IMG/VR virus record: IMGVR_UViG_3300011335_000496
Location: 1 to 36,551 of that record
Source: a virus
Taxonomy: Duplodnaviria > Caudoviricetes
Strand: one strand, 5' to 3'
DNA length: 36,551 nt
This document shows positions 17,047-25,382 of the stretch, piece by piece (the first letter of the stretch is position 1; every line of letters starts with the position of its first letter). The notes below the pieces were generated by a model that saw only the letters and a list, made by a program, of their open reading frames with translations, did no database searches and had not been told where the DNA came from. A program made the position numbers and the translations under genes.

Positions 17047-17394
17047 TTAGGTTACATTCGGATAGCCAGTCGCAGAAATGTCCAGAGTCACAAAAGCATC
17101 GTTGCTCTTGTTGAGGGTGATCGAATCAATGCGAGTCGTTCCAAGGGTGGTTGCGTTAGCTAGAGCAGACAAGGCCGCTCCTGCCGTCACATTGTAAGTG
17201 CCAGTAATGGCAACGGAGAGGGAGTAGGCAGTTGTGGGATTGAAATATCCAACCGCAACAATATCCCCGGAATTCGATCTTACCTCGTTCTTCTCAACGC
17301 TACGAGCTTCAGAGAAACTTTGAACCAATCCAATTCCAGCTTCGGCAGTTAGCCCAAACACAAGACCCGCCGTACCGATTGTGGCCGCTGGCAT
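17047..17394 (-). CDS. Major tail (tube) protein, minimal
   Basis: 115 aa, all-beta pattern (VQSFSE...EVR...GDIV...IDSITLNKSN...LDISATGY); position upstream of the chaperones. Confidence 0.7.
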   Translation of the reverse strand: MPAATIGTAGLVFGLTAEAGIGLVQSFSEARSVEKNEVRSNSGDIVAVGYFNPTTAYSLSVAITGTYNVTAGAALSALANATTLGTTRIDSITLNKSNDAFVTLDISATGYPNVT

Positions 17395-17395
17395 A

Positions 17396-17431
17396 TTAGC
17401 TCAAAACCTCAGAAAGTTTATAGTTGTTCAT
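17396..17431 (-). CDS. 11-aa leader ORF (MNNYKLSEVLS) directly upstream of the tail tube gene
   Basis: ATG 15 nt after TTGACA; TAA ends 1 nt before the tube ATG. Confidence 0.35.
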   Translation of the reverse strand: MNNYKLSEVLS

Positions 17432-17448
17432 AATGATGTTTGTGAGTG

Positions 17449-17697
17449 TCAAATATGCCTCCCGAGGAAGCGAGCTTTGATAAATTCCCATAGGGTAGAA
17501 CAGACTGCACCGGATATTAAGGCGACAAGCCATAGCTTAGTTTTGATGGTGTGAGCGTCAGTCTCTAGCTTTTGTAGCCTTAGATGATATTCGACAATCC
17601 CTAGTTGACTCTTCTCTAATAAACTAATCACCGTCCCCTGTCTTTCTTCGATTCTTGCAAGCCTCTCCCGCAAGTCGGCTATCTGGTCGCTACTCAC
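17449..17697 (-). CDS. Coiled-coil plus C-terminal TM protein (XhlA/holin-like)
   Basis: GTGA overlap start; RERLARIEE coiled coil; LWLVALISGAVCSTLW TM. Confidence 0.7.
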   Translation of the reverse strand: MSSDQIADLRERLARIEERQGTVISLLEKSQLGIVEYHLRLQKLETDAHTIKTKLWLVALISGAVCSTLWEFIKARFLGRHI

Positions 17698-17864
17698 TTC
17701 CACCAATCTGCCGAGTCTTTGGCTAGTCCTAGAATCGCTTTCTGGGCATCTGCAAGGCTCGTGGTGAGGTGAACCGCTGGCTCGCCGTCAATGTACCCCA
17801 ACGAGATGAATCCTTCGTCTAGGAGGTATTGTAGCACTTTACAGGCTTTTTGATCTTTGCTCAT
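17694..17864 (-). CDS. Small protein (56 aa, MSKDQKACKVLQYLLDEGFI...)
   Basis: Translated by hand; overlapping start/stop codons on both sides. Confidence 0.65.
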   Translation of the reverse strand: MSKDQKACKVLQYLLDEGFISLGYIDGEPAVHLTTSLADAQKAILGLAKDSADWWK

Positions 17865-17989
17865 TTGCTGGGCGTTTTACCCGCATCCTCAGCCGCCGAC
17901 ATATCCGAGTAGCGAACAGTCAAGGAATCCTTGACGGTTTCCTTTGGCGAGCAGGAGCAGAGGCAGATGGCGAGGAGGAGGAGGGGCAT
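17861..17989 (-). CDS. Small lipoprotein (42 aa, MPLLLLAICLCSCSPKE...)
   Basis: Translated by hand; hydrophobic signal and LCSC lipobox. Confidence 0.65.
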   Translation of the reverse strand: MPLLLLAICLCSCSPKETVKDSLTVRYSDMSAAEDAGKTPSK

Positions 17990-17990
17990 T

Positions 17991-18686
17991 TTAAGCACTA
18001 ACGCCAAGGCTTCGGCTATTTCCAGAACCCGCAAATCTAACCCAATCAGATATAATGTTCCTTGATGTTACTCCTAAAGTTTTTTGAATTTGAATTTGCG
18101 GGCAGACTTGAGTGGAAGGAAGATTCGTTGTATTTGTTGCAACCAAAACTCCGTTAATAAAGAACTGAACATTTGTTGTTCCGTTTACTCTTGTTAAAAA
18201 AGTGTTGTAAGAACCGTCTGCAACTGCGGCAACTCCTGTATCAGTAATTGTGCCGACTGACGCATTATATGTGTAGGCTTGCCAGTTTACATTATTGTTG
18301 TCGTAAAATAAGCCAGCCGCTCTAACCGTTGGAGCGGTTGTGCTGTCATAAGAACTATTAAATCCAGTAAAGATTCGATAACTATTTGTTCCGTCCGCTA
18401 GGGTCACAATCCTAAAATTTGAAGCAAATGATAACCTTGCCCATCCTGAATAAACATAGCCTATATTACCAGATAATGCTCCACCGCCAATCGCAGTTGC
18501 TCCAGTTGTTAGTGACCAAAACCCGCTCCTCGGTGGGTCGTTAACAGCAGTTTGTCCAGAACTTGTGCCAGCGTTTCTAGTGTCAGCGGTTAAAAAGTTG
18601 GGTGAATTATTATGTGTAAAATCATCAACAAAATCAAAATCTGATAAGTTGTTATACCAATTCGACTTAGCTCTAGTAAGAGGCAT
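17991..18686 (-). CDS. Lectin/ConA-like beta-sandwich virion protein (candidate receptor-binding protein)
   Basis: FVDDF...; NVQFFINGVLVATNTTNLP motif; more AT-rich than its neighbours. Confidence 0.65.
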   Translation of the reverse strand: MPLTRAKSNWYNNLSDFDFVDDFTHNNSPNFLTADTRNAGTSSGQTAVNDPPRSGFWSLTTGATAIGGGALSGNIGYVYSGWARLSFASNFRIVTLADGTNSYRIFTGFNSSYDSTTAPTVRAAGLFYDNNNVNWQAYTYNASVGTITDTGVAAVADGSYNTFLTRVNGTTNVQFFINGVLVATNTTNLPSTQVCPQIQIQKTLGVTSRNIISDWVRFAGSGNSRSLGVSA

Positions 18687-18696
18687 CGCCTACTCC

Positions 18697-19614
18697 TTAA
18701 TGACTGACCCAGCTAGCCGTGCCAGCCGTGGCGAAAAGTGCTGATAAAGTCGTGGTCGTAAAGTCGCACTCAAAATAATCCCCGCTGGATAAAGCCACCA
18801 TAAAACCACCCCCGAGCGTTGTTGCACTACTGCCAGCGTTCACGAATAGTTGCCCTGCTCCGAGGTTGTAGACGGTTGCCATCTTGCGGGCGACATTACC
18901 AGGGACGAGGGTGGCTGAGGTGAGTGAAGTAAAACTGCCCGAGGTGATGGCGGTGGATGAGATGGCAAGCGATGCGGTGACTGAACCAATCTGAGCCGTG
19001 CCAGCGACAAGGGCGGGAAGTGATCCGATGGTGACGCTGTTGCCAACCGTGACGGAGGAGATACTGACAGGAACCGTCCCACTGATGGATGCGGTGACGC
19101 TTCCAATCTGGGCTGTTCCTGCGGAAAGAGAGGCCGTCACCACGCCGATGCGGTTCGTGCCTGCGGGGAGGGCAGAGCCGATGGTGACTGTCCCAGAGAT
19201 ATTTAAAGGAGTGCCAGTAGTTCCGTGTTCTGTTCCAGCATCATTGATTAGGGCAACGCCAATTCGATTCCCGTTGCCAAAACCCTCTCCACTTGCACCA
19301 ATCTGAATTGGGACGAATGTATTTTCAAAAGATTCTTTCCCAAAAACATTCGCCGTCACCGTGCCATAGATCGGAAACGCATTATCGGAATCAACTGGGT
19401 CGCCCCCTTGAGTCACTCGCACATCAAAATTAGCTCCAGAATTGGCCGTAACTGTGCCAGAGATGGCGATACCACTTGAAACTGCCGAGAGAATGTCCGT
19501 CTTGGCTTGCGTTCCAAGGCTTACAACCGTGTGAGCAGTAATGTGTTGCCCACTCGAAAGGATGGTTGAAAGGGTGGTTGCTGTCTGCGTTCCGTCTAAA
19601 ATTGCTAAGGCCAT
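18697..19614 (-). CDS. Fibre/neck-appendage protein with internal repeats
   Basis: Repeats I[SY]GTVT x3 and AGTAQIGSVTAS x2; C-terminal RK.ATVYNLG...L..G domain. Confidence 0.7.
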   Translation of the reverse strand: MALAILDGTQTATTLSTILSSGQHITAHTVVSLGTQAKTDILSAVSSGIAISGTVTANSGANFDVRVTQGGDPVDSDNAFPIYGTVTANVFGKESFENTFVPIQIGASGEGFGNGNRIGVALINDAGTEHGTTGTPLNISGTVTIGSALPAGTNRIGVVTASLSAGTAQIGSVTASISGTVPVSISSVTVGNSVTIGSLPALVAGTAQIGSVTASLAISSTAITSGSFTSLTSATLVPGNVARKMATVYNLGAGQLFVNAGSSATTLGGGFMVALSSGDYFECDFTTTTLSALFATAGTASWVSH

Positions 19615-19629
19615 ATGGTAGTTCCTTTG

Positions 19630-20121
19630 TTAAATCACTCCGATATACATTGAGTTAAGTGCTTCTGAGAAGTCGAGATACCTAATCCCATCCTCAACCT
19701 CTGAGGGCGTACAGATAACGCTAATGGTCAAGCCCCTCTGCCATGCCCTTTTGTTGGCTCGAATAGATGGGCTTTGGCTACTGATTCTAGCCATATGAAT
19801 CTTTGTATCTAAAATTGTGTTCTGTATCTTGGTGGCTAGCGTAGGAGTTTCTGAATAGAACGCTTCAAAGATAGCGCAGTATTCAGAGTCAAAATCCTCT
19901 TGGCTTATCTTGGCCGCCGTGTCGGAGTAGTTCACCGCAACGCTCAAATCATAAACGCCCGTATAATTGCCTAGCATCTGACTATTTACAGAGGCAGAGA
20001 TTGTGACGAAGGGGAAGAGTCTAAGTCCAGTTCGGTTTGTCGTGTAAACATTCAGCCCAGAGATTCCAGCAAGCAAATCTCCGATAGCATCCTCTACATT
20101 AAATTGGGGGGTCTGGTTCAT
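19630..20121 (-). CDS. Tail terminator-like protein, paralog 2
   Basis: Aligns by eye with 20118..20534. Confidence 0.65.
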   Translation of the reverse strand: MNQTPQFNVEDAIGDLLAGISGLNVYTTNRTGLRLFPFVTISASVNSQMLGNYTGVYDLSVAVNYSDTAAKISQEDFDSEYCAIFEAFYSETPTLATKIQNTILDTKIHMARISSQSPSIRANKRAWQRGLTISVICTPSEVEDGIRYLDFSEALNSMYIGVI

Positions 20122-20534
20122 TTCTTTGCACTCGCTGTAATGTCTAGCGTTATAGCCCTATTCCAAGTTCTATTCCTTGCTTCGATAGCGTTGCTTTGAC
20201 CAGTTACCTTAGCCACATAACAAGTGATGTTGGTTGCCGTGGTTATATAGCTTGCAAGGTCGGGTGATCGGTAGAGTTGTTCTAGGATGTCATAGAACTT
20301 TGCATCAAAGGCGGTTCGGCTGATTGTGTCGGCTCTTTCGGTATAGGTAAGGGTGGCGGGGGTTTTGAATACTCCTGTGAATGGCCCAAGTTCTTCCCCT
20401 CCGATGCTCGCTTGAACTACGATGTTAGGCATCGTCCGAGCCGTGCCTCTCTCGCTCGTAAAGAAGTTAAGGCCAGTAATGCCAGAAACTGCGTTGAGCA
20501 GTCCGTTCTCAATCTCTCGTTCAATCGAGGCCAT
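20118..20534 (-). CDS. Tail terminator-like protein, paralog 1
   Basis: Size, synteny and an alpha/beta pattern like lambda gpU. Confidence 0.65.
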   Translation of the reverse strand: MASIEREIENGLLNAVSGITGLNFFTSERGTARTMPNIVVQASIGGEELGPFTGVFKTPATLTYTERADTISRTAFDAKFYDILEQLYRSPDLASYITTATNITCYVAKVTGQSNAIEARNRTWNRAITLDITASAKK

Positions 20535-20851
20535 TAGGTTGTTATATCGGCTAGTTCGATAGTATAGGAAACTCCATCTGTACTTTGGGAGAATCCCGCC
20601 ACCATTCGTTCTGTGCCAGAAACAGAGCAGAGCATACCTATTGTAGGAGCAGAGATAGAGGAAGCGGGAACGACAAGACTCTGAGTTATCCTTAGAATCT
20701 CCCCACCTATATCCAAGTCTGTTGCCGTGGTTAGATCGGTTACAGAGGCACAGACGGCGTTAGAACCCAATCCAGTAACGGACGAGTATAAGTCTTTTAT
20801 CATCCCGCTTAGATCGGAAAGGAAATAGGTTGTGTCAATCGAGCCAGCCAT
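20534..20851 (-). CDS. Head-closure/head-tail joining protein (FII-like)
   Basis: 105 aa beta pattern (APTIG....VSG..R.V......DG..Y.IEL); synteny. Confidence 0.65.
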   Translation of the reverse strand: MAGSIDTTYFLSDLSGMIKDLYSSVTGLGSNAVCASVTDLTTATDLDIGGEILRITQSLVVPASSISAPTIGMLCSVSGTERMVAGFSQSTDGVSYTIELADITT

Positions 20852-20866
20852 AAATCCAGCCTAGTG

Positions 20867-21538
20867 TCAATCCAGCTTTATCATTCCCTCAAAGTCGAAA
20901 ATGTTGTCAGCTTCCCACTCGTTCTTCTGGGGGAAGAATCCAGTGTTCTTTTCCTTCCTTACCGCTGAGGCCAAGATGATTGGGGTGCTATTGATCGCCC
21001 AGAACATATCTGCCCCTCGAATAGCCTTTGCCATGTCCTCAATGTTTGGGGCGGTGTAGGTAGAAAGCCCTTGGATTTTAATATCGGGCGGGGTCATAAC
21101 ATAGAAGTTTTCCTTGCCCATCTCAGCCCTTGCCTTTGTTATGATCTCAAGCGGGTTGTTGTAATACCCTTGGCTTATTCCAAAAGGAGCGACTAGGTTG
21201 TACTTCTCGGGAAGTTCCTTGGATGGCTTCTCATCCAGCTTGTCTAGGACGATGTTCGTCTTGTCTGCTCCTTTAATCTCGGCATGGCTGTAAACGAAGT
21301 CTGTCCAAGTCTTTTTGCTCTTTCGGTACTCCTCGTATTTGTTCGGCCATATCTCAAGGTCAATAATGTCTCCCTTGCTCCCCGCTTTTACATAGGAGAC
21401 AAGATCAAAGACAGAATGATATTGAGGCAAGCAATCAAAGAAAACCTCGTGGCCTTGGTCTGCTAGAAACTTTGCGGCGGGTAGGCATCGAAGGACATCC
21501 CCCAGCCTCTGCGAATATTTGATTGTCTTAGCACTCAT
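20867..21538 (-). CDS. Glycosyltransferase, GT-B (GT9-like)
   Basis: RLGDVL..LPA..FL...GHEV; AIRGADMFWAINS.PI.LASA. Confidence 0.7.
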   Translation of the reverse strand: MSAKTIKYSQRLGDVLRCLPAAKFLADQGHEVFFDCLPQYHSVFDLVSYVKAGSKGDIIDLEIWPNKYEEYRKSKKTWTDFVYSHAEIKGADKTNIVLDKLDEKPSKELPEKYNLVAPFGISQGYYNNPLEIITKARAEMGKENFYVMTPPDIKIQGLSTYTAPNIEDMAKAIRGADMFWAINSTPIILASAVRKEKNTGFFPQKNEWEADNIFDFEGMIKLD

Positions 21539-22295
21539 CAGCCACGCTTTTGTCCGTTATGAATGGCAAGTAATCCATCAGCCTAACTGGGCTTGTCGTT
21601 TGTTGTAGCCTTTCCCATCCTTCAACCAGTCCTTTGTACCCATAGAAATCCTGCTTAAATTGTACCTGTTCTTTCGTGGCGTAGGCGTAATGATCAAAGG
21701 TTAGACCCCAAGTTTCTGTGACTCCCCTCGGAATCATCAACGATTGAACATTCAGCTTGGGCGGTTCGTGGCTTGTGAAATGAATATCCCTTCCCCATCT
21801 CCACGCTCTGAACCACTCGTACCAGTTCGAGCCGAACCCCTCCCTAGTCACCACCTTCTTGTTTTGCCCTATATAATAATTGCAATGAAACTGCATCGCT
21901 CGTCCCTCTTCGCATCCTTTGAGATGTCCAAAAATAGCGTCTATCTGCTCGGCCTTCCACATCTCGTCACTATCAATCTGCATCACTACCCCTCCGTCCA
22001 CTCCTCGCAAGGCTTCGTTAATCATCGCCAGCTTCCCTTCAAAGGGTTTGGCTTGCCAATATACAGAGATGTTTTCCCCTCTAATGCTCTCAAGATATTC
22101 GTGTGTTCCGTCCACGCTTACAAAATTCTTATGGTATTTGTCGGGAATTTGCTTGCACCACCGAGTACATCCAAGAGGCTCGCTTACTCCCTCAACGATA
22201 TTCCATCTCCAAGGGATTTGTAGTTTCTTGAACTCTGCTAGGTGCTTCTCAATGTAGGGCATCCCATTGAGAACGATGGTGAAGATGGTCAGCAT
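21528..22295 (-). CDS. Glycosyltransferase, GT-A (GT2-like)
   Basis: FTIVLNG..YI, SVDGT.EYL, QIDSDE (DxD), FDHYAY. Confidence 0.85.
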   Translation of the reverse strand: MLTIFTIVLNGMPYIEKHLAEFKKLQIPWRWNIVEGVSEPLGCTRWCKQIPDKYHKNFVSVDGTHEYLESIRGENISVYWQAKPFEGKLAMINEALRGVDGGVVMQIDSDEMWKAEQIDAIFGHLKGCEEGRAMQFHCNYYIGQNKKVVTREGFGSNWYEWFRAWRWGRDIHFTSHEPPKLNVQSLMIPRGVTETWGLTFDHYAYATKEQVQFKQDFYGYKGLVEGWERLQQTTSPVRLMDYLPFITDKSVADEC

Positions 22296-22801
22296 TTTAG
22301 TCGGCCATAAATAACGCTTATCTCTGAGCAGAAAGAAACAGAGTCATATCGGTAACACTCAAACCCAATAGACTCGAACCAAGCTATAAATTCCTTTAGC
22401 CATAAATCAGAATAGTGAAGCTCAATAGCGATCTCCTTTAGTGTCCCTACATCTGCAATCTGCAACATCCTTGATTCCTCCCCCTCTATGTCGCATTTGA
22501 TATGAGTTATTAAGTTTTCCTTAATCAGTCCTTGGATTTGCTCTGATGATTCTATCCTTTGGCACAAGAATTTGCTCTCTGGATATTGCTTGGCCAGAGA
22601 TTCAATGTCCCCTTGGTTTGTGTCTATCCCTATGTAGAGCTCTGGCTTTTGTGATAGGAAGTATTTTGCTGTGCCGTTACCCTCTTGCCTTTCTGCCTCC
22701 GTCCAGAATCCACACCCCAAGTCTAGGACTCTTCCACCCTTAGCGTTGAGATGCTCCCAATGAATCTGCGGAGCTTCCGAATCTATTGCTCCCTTGGTCA
22801 T
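22289..22801 (-). CDS. Class I SAM-dependent methyltransferase (FkbM-like)
   Basis: VLDLGCG, IGID, IKCDIEGEE, IAIELH. Confidence 0.8.
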   Translation of the reverse strand: MTKGAIDSEAPQIHWEHLNAKGGRVLDLGCGFWTEAERQEGNGTAKYFLSQKPELYIGIDTNQGDIESLAKQYPESKFLCQRIESSEQIQGLIKENLITHIKCDIEGEESRMLQIADVGTLKEIAIELHYSDLWLKEFIAWFESIGFECYRYDSVSFCSEISVIYGRLKC

Positions 22802-23406
22802 AATTGGAAGATGGCCGCCCCATTCCTACAAGCCATATCGTCCCATAGCAGGGTTGCGGTTCGCTTTAGCCTTTCATAATTTGCGTAGTTCTTAATGTCG
22901 TTCACATCGTCCAAGGCTATGATTGCTTTCTCTGCTAGGAATGGTCGGACGCAACGCAGTTCTGATTCCCCAGAGAAAGGCGAGCCATCAATCAATACAA
23001 AGTTAAAATCTGCATTATGCTCAAAGTGAACATCCTCGATTGCGCTTGTCTTGTACTGGTAGGCGGTTTCAAGACATACATTGTGCCAGCCCAAGACTTG
23101 CTCTAGCGGGTACTGGTTAAGGTTGGTTTTGGTTGTTTGATAAAACTCTTCAATATCTTTCTTGTTCAGCCATAGGCTAGACAGGGTGGCTGTTCCATTG
23201 ATTGCTACTCCCCCTCTAGCAGATAGGTTCATTGAATGGCGGCCTATGCGGTCGGGATGATTCTCGATGCTGAATAGCTTCTTGGTTTTGATACATTGCG
23301 TGGAGCCGTCCCCTGTTCCCCCTCCAATCTCTAGCCCTACATCTAGCCCCTCGCTATATTTTTGAAGGGCTTGGCCGAATGAGTCGTTGCTAGTTATTTC
23401 TTGCAT
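22798..23406 (-). CDS. Class I SAM-dependent methyltransferase
   Basis: LEIGGGTGDGST, FSIE, VLIDG, IALDD. Confidence 0.8.
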   Translation of the reverse strand: MQEITSNDSFGQALQKYSEGLDVGLEIGGGTGDGSTQCIKTKKLFSIENHPDRIGRHSMNLSARGGVAINGTATLSSLWLNKKDIEEFYQTTKTNLNQYPLEQVLGWHNVCLETAYQYKTSAIEDVHFEHNADFNFVLIDGSPFSGESELRCVRPFLAEKAIIALDDVNDIKNYANYERLKRTATLLWDDMACRNGAAIFQL

Positions 23407-23648
23407 TTTGCCATCTCTACTAATGCCTTCTTAATCACATATTCAATCACCGCCTCAGGGTCTTGCTTCAACGCAAGCATCCCAGCTTCATACAATTCCT
23501 TCTTGGCTTTTTCGTCATAGGTAATATCGACATTCACGAACTTATTTTTGCAAGGGCGAGACTTGCCAAAGGTGATTATACCAAGCCCCTTGGTACTCTC
23601 TCCCTTTTTAGCTTTTCTACATCCAATTATTTGCTTTGCGCTTTTCAT
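23394..23648 (-). CDS. Small basic hypothetical protein
   Basis: Fills the gap between the GT and the MTase; start uncertain. Confidence 0.55.
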   Translation of the reverse strand: MKSAKQIIGCRKAKKGESTKGLGIITFGKSRPCKNKFVNVDITYDEKAKKELYEAGMLALKQDPEAVIEYVIKKALVEMAKCKK

Positions 23649-25269
23649 ATATTGCTTTCCCTTTCTCATAGAACTCTGGCTTATTATGATTCTTTAGCTG
23701 TTCGTCTGGGTTGCCCCCTGCAAACATAGGATTCTCGTGTTTGAATTGGATATGTCGAGCCTCAACTATTACTTGGTCTTGATATGCCCTGTCCGTGTGC
23801 TCGTTGTCTCCGTAAATACCATCGCTCTCTTGGTAGTCGGGGTGGAACATATGCCCTTGCTTCTTTAGCCTATCCTTTGTCAGAATCGCCATACAGAGCA
23901 GTTTGTCCGTCCTAAGCCCATCTGATACCGCTAGCACCTTCTCTGCCTTTGTATCCCCAATAGCGGTCGAAATTAGGGCATCCCAATGGCGGGGAGGAGT
24001 CCAATCATCCGACATTTGAATAATGATGTCCCCCTTGGCTATTTTTGCCCCTGCGTTCCAAGCATTAACGATTCCACCCGGATTCACTCGAATAGCTTGG
24101 TGCGGGGTGTAATCCACCTTCTCATCCTCATCCACCATAAACAACCACTCAACTTCTAGGGGTTTCTCAGCCAAGCACAACCATTGCCAGCGTCTTTGCC
24201 AAGCGATCTGCTGTCTGCCTCTAGTGGCGTGAATCACGCTTATTTTGGGGGCGGGTCTGCACTTGCGAATCTTTTCTGCCTCGCCTAGTTCCCCTACACA
24301 AACTGCGGCTGTCTCGTAAATATCCATCGCTTGCCAGTTGTAAACTGCTTCTACTAGATTCCAGTAGTGGAGTTTAGGGCGAGCAAGTGCCATCGCTGTC
24401 CTTGCCGCTCCGTAGGTTTTAATCCAATTCCCTTTCCCTGCCCAATGATTTGCAATATAAAAATAAGCCTCTCTCCTGTCTGGTTGTAGCCCTACCGCTT
24501 GCCCTAACCAAGAGAGCCTGTCGCTATCACCCACTATCCTCCCTAGATTGCAAAGCACATCGTAGCGGAGCGTGTCCTCTAGCTCTGGGAAAGATAAGGC
24601 TCGCATACTCGAATCAATGCACTTGTCGATTTGATTGCTTAGAAAGTATTCTTGGGCTTGGTAGTATAGACAATGCGGGGCAGTAGAAAGGGAGTCGGCC
24701 AATATGTTGAAGTTCCTTTCAGCACTTTTGGGCTTGTACCCATCGGGCTTGTGGATTCTGAAAATCTTATCCACCCCAATCGTCTTGTTCGGTTCTTTAG
24801 TGAGAAGCATCTCGTGAACTCGATTTTTCCAATAACAAGTTCCCTTCTTGCTTATCTCTTCTCGGAGGGGGATTAGGCCAGCGTTATCGACATTATATTT
24901 TAACGCCACTAAGTGAGCGTCTTTCTCGATGGCAAGGGCAATAGCCTCCTCGATCACCTTCTCCCCATCCTCGGCCATTACATCGTCAGCATCTACCCAT
25001 AAAGCCCACTCACAATCACAAGCCTCTAGCGCAGTATTCCTAGCCGTTGCGAAGTCGTCTATGTGTTCCCAATCAGTTCTTTTATTCTGGTAATGAACGA
25101 CTCTAGCACCGAGAGAAAGTGCGATCTCCTCCGTCTTGTCTGCCTTAGCTGACCCCCGAGCCATACATACAACAACTTCTTTTGAGATGGGCTTAAATGA
25201 TTCAATACAACGCTGGATGTATTTTTCTTCATTGCCAGCTATGAGGTAAACAGAAAGAGGATATTTCAT
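23617..25269 (-). CDS. Bifunctional glycosyltransferase GT2-TPR-GT2
   Basis: N-terminal LSVYLIAGNEE..I..C, DFATARN, WVDADD, RVHE; TPR-like helices; second GT KISVIHATRGR, MSDD. Confidence 0.9.
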   Translation of the reverse strand: MKYPLSVYLIAGNEEKYIQRCIESFKPISKEVVVCMARGSAKADKTEEIALSLGARVVHYQNKRTDWEHIDDFATARNTALEACDCEWALWVDADDVMAEDGEKVIEEAIALAIEKDAHLVALKYNVDNAGLIPLREEISKKGTCYWKNRVHEMLLTKEPNKTIGVDKIFRIHKPDGYKPKSAERNFNILADSLSTAPHCLYYQAQEYFLSNQIDKCIDSSMRALSFPELEDTLRYDVLCNLGRIVGDSDRLSWLGQAVGLQPDRREAYFYIANHWAGKGNWIKTYGAARTAMALARPKLHYWNLVEAVYNWQAMDIYETAAVCVGELGEAEKIRKCRPAPKISVIHATRGRQQIAWQRRWQWLCLAEKPLEVEWLFMVDEDEKVDYTPHQAIRVNPGGIVNAWNAGAKIAKGDIIIQMSDDWTPPRHWDALISTAIGDTKAEKVLAVSDGLRTDKLLCMAILTKDRLKKQGHMFHPDYQESDGIYGDNEHTDRAYQDQVIVEARHIQFKHENPMFAGGNPDEQLKNHNKPEFYEKGKAIYEKRKANNWM

Positions 25270-25317
25270 TAAGGATTTCAGTTGTTAAGGATTTCTTAAG
25301 TCATAGGGATGTCAATT

Positions 25318-25358
25318 AAAAAGAAAAGGGGGGAGTAGGCTTTCACCCGCTCCCCCCA
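25318..25358 (-). terminator. Rho-independent terminator after the major capsid gene
   Basis: GGGGGGAGCGGGT-GAAA-GCCTACTCCCCCC followed by TTTTCTTTTT. Confidence 0.9.
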
Positions 25359-25382
25359 TTTCAAGGAATCAACCACCAATCT

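Noticed and set aside
10812-19614. Possible diversity-generating retroelement acting on fibre genes
   Set aside because: No reverse transcriptase and no TR/VR pair differing at adenines was seen.
25280-25315. TTGACA at 25310 as a standard sigma70 promoter for the GT cluster
   Set aside because: No acceptable -10 box at 16-18 nt; kept only as part of the motif findings.
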